In this document: positions 63,594 through 64,000 of the stretch, piece after piece
Numbering within the stretch: the first letter of the stretch is position 1
How the letters are laid out: the number at the start of each line of letters is the position of its first letter
NCBI GenBank assembly: GCA_965206695.1
Contig: CBDBKM010000001.1
Coordinates: 32,001 to 96,000, forward strand
Direction of reading: 5' to 3'
From: Chlamydiales bacterium
Lineage (GTDB): Bacteria; Chlamydiota; Chlamydiia; Chlamydiales; JAAZZY01
DNA: 64,000 nucleotides
Notes under the pieces: model-generated
What the model saw: the letters and a program-made list of their open reading frames with translations, nothing else
What the model was told of the DNA's origin: nothing
Database searches by the model: none
Position numbers and translations under genes: made by a program

Positions 63594-64000
63594 ATGAAAC
63601 CTGATCTTTCATCAAGAAAAGTTCTGGGTGTTTTTCAATTGGTTATGATTAATGTCATCGCTGTTGATAGTATTCGTACGCTTCCATTTTCTGCCGAATT
63701 GGGTTTCAGTCTCATTTTTTTCTATATACTGGCAGCTCTTTTGTTTTTTATTCCCAGTGCATTAGTCTCTGCTGAGTTAGGTACAGGGTGGCCTAATAGA
63801 GGGGGGATTTATGTTTGGGTAAGGGAAGCTTTTGGAAAAAATATGAGTTTGATCATTATCTGGCTAAACTGGATTTATAATTTAGTATGGTATCCAACGA
63901 TTATGGCGCTTATTGCCGGCGCTTTTACCTATTTTTTTGACCCGGCCTTGTCGGAAAATAAAGTATTTATGTCTTTAGCAATTTTGGTTCTTTTTTGGGT
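63594..64000 (+). CDS. APC-family amino acid permease (GadC-like), runs off the window end
   Basis: LGVFQLVMINVIAVDSIR, FFIPSALVSAEL, GGIYVWVREAFG. Confidence 0.88.
   Translation, partial: MKPDLSSRKVLGVFQLVMINVIAVDSIRTLPFSAELGFSLIFFYILAALLFFIPSALVSAELGTGWPNRGGIYVWVREAFGKNMSLIIIWLNWIYNLVWYPTIMALIAGAFTYFFDPALSENKVFMSLAILVLFW

Overview
A 64 kb chromosomal segment (roughly one-third GC) from an environmental member of the Chlamydiota. The assignment rests on chlamydial gene order: cafA-plsB-ptr; dnaA with CT273/CT274-like genes and rsmH-ftsL-ftsI-murE; an S10/spc/alpha cluster without rpsJ, rpsN, rpmD, adk and rpsD; and CT017/CT016/phoH next to ssrA. The window also holds tRNA-Arg(CCT), tmRNA, gnd, lepA, gmd, a K+/H+ antiporter, a P3A H+-ATPase and the start of an APC permease. 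Several IS graveyards are present (IS630, IS1634, IS982, IS5, IS701, IS30, IS200/IS605), many nested and with readable inverted repeats and target-site duplications. Most interesting: (1) CCGG is strongly over-represented and looks like a mutational sink, silent in core genes but amino-acid-changing in relaxed sequences, which suggests a site-directed repair or methylation process; (2) a 1.6 kb integrase-less islet at the ssrA 3' end carries an AAA+/DUF4143 ATPase behind three 33-bp palindromic repeats that overlap its promoter; (3) a Cys-rich, J-domain-bearing candidate effector can be rebuilt across nested IS insertions; (4) a collapsed IS605 element defines a TTTAT/TCAC target and splits lepA from gmd. 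Frameshifts in rsmH, ftsI, rplF and secY are most likely assembly errors. All homology calls come from motif recognition by eye; no searches were run.
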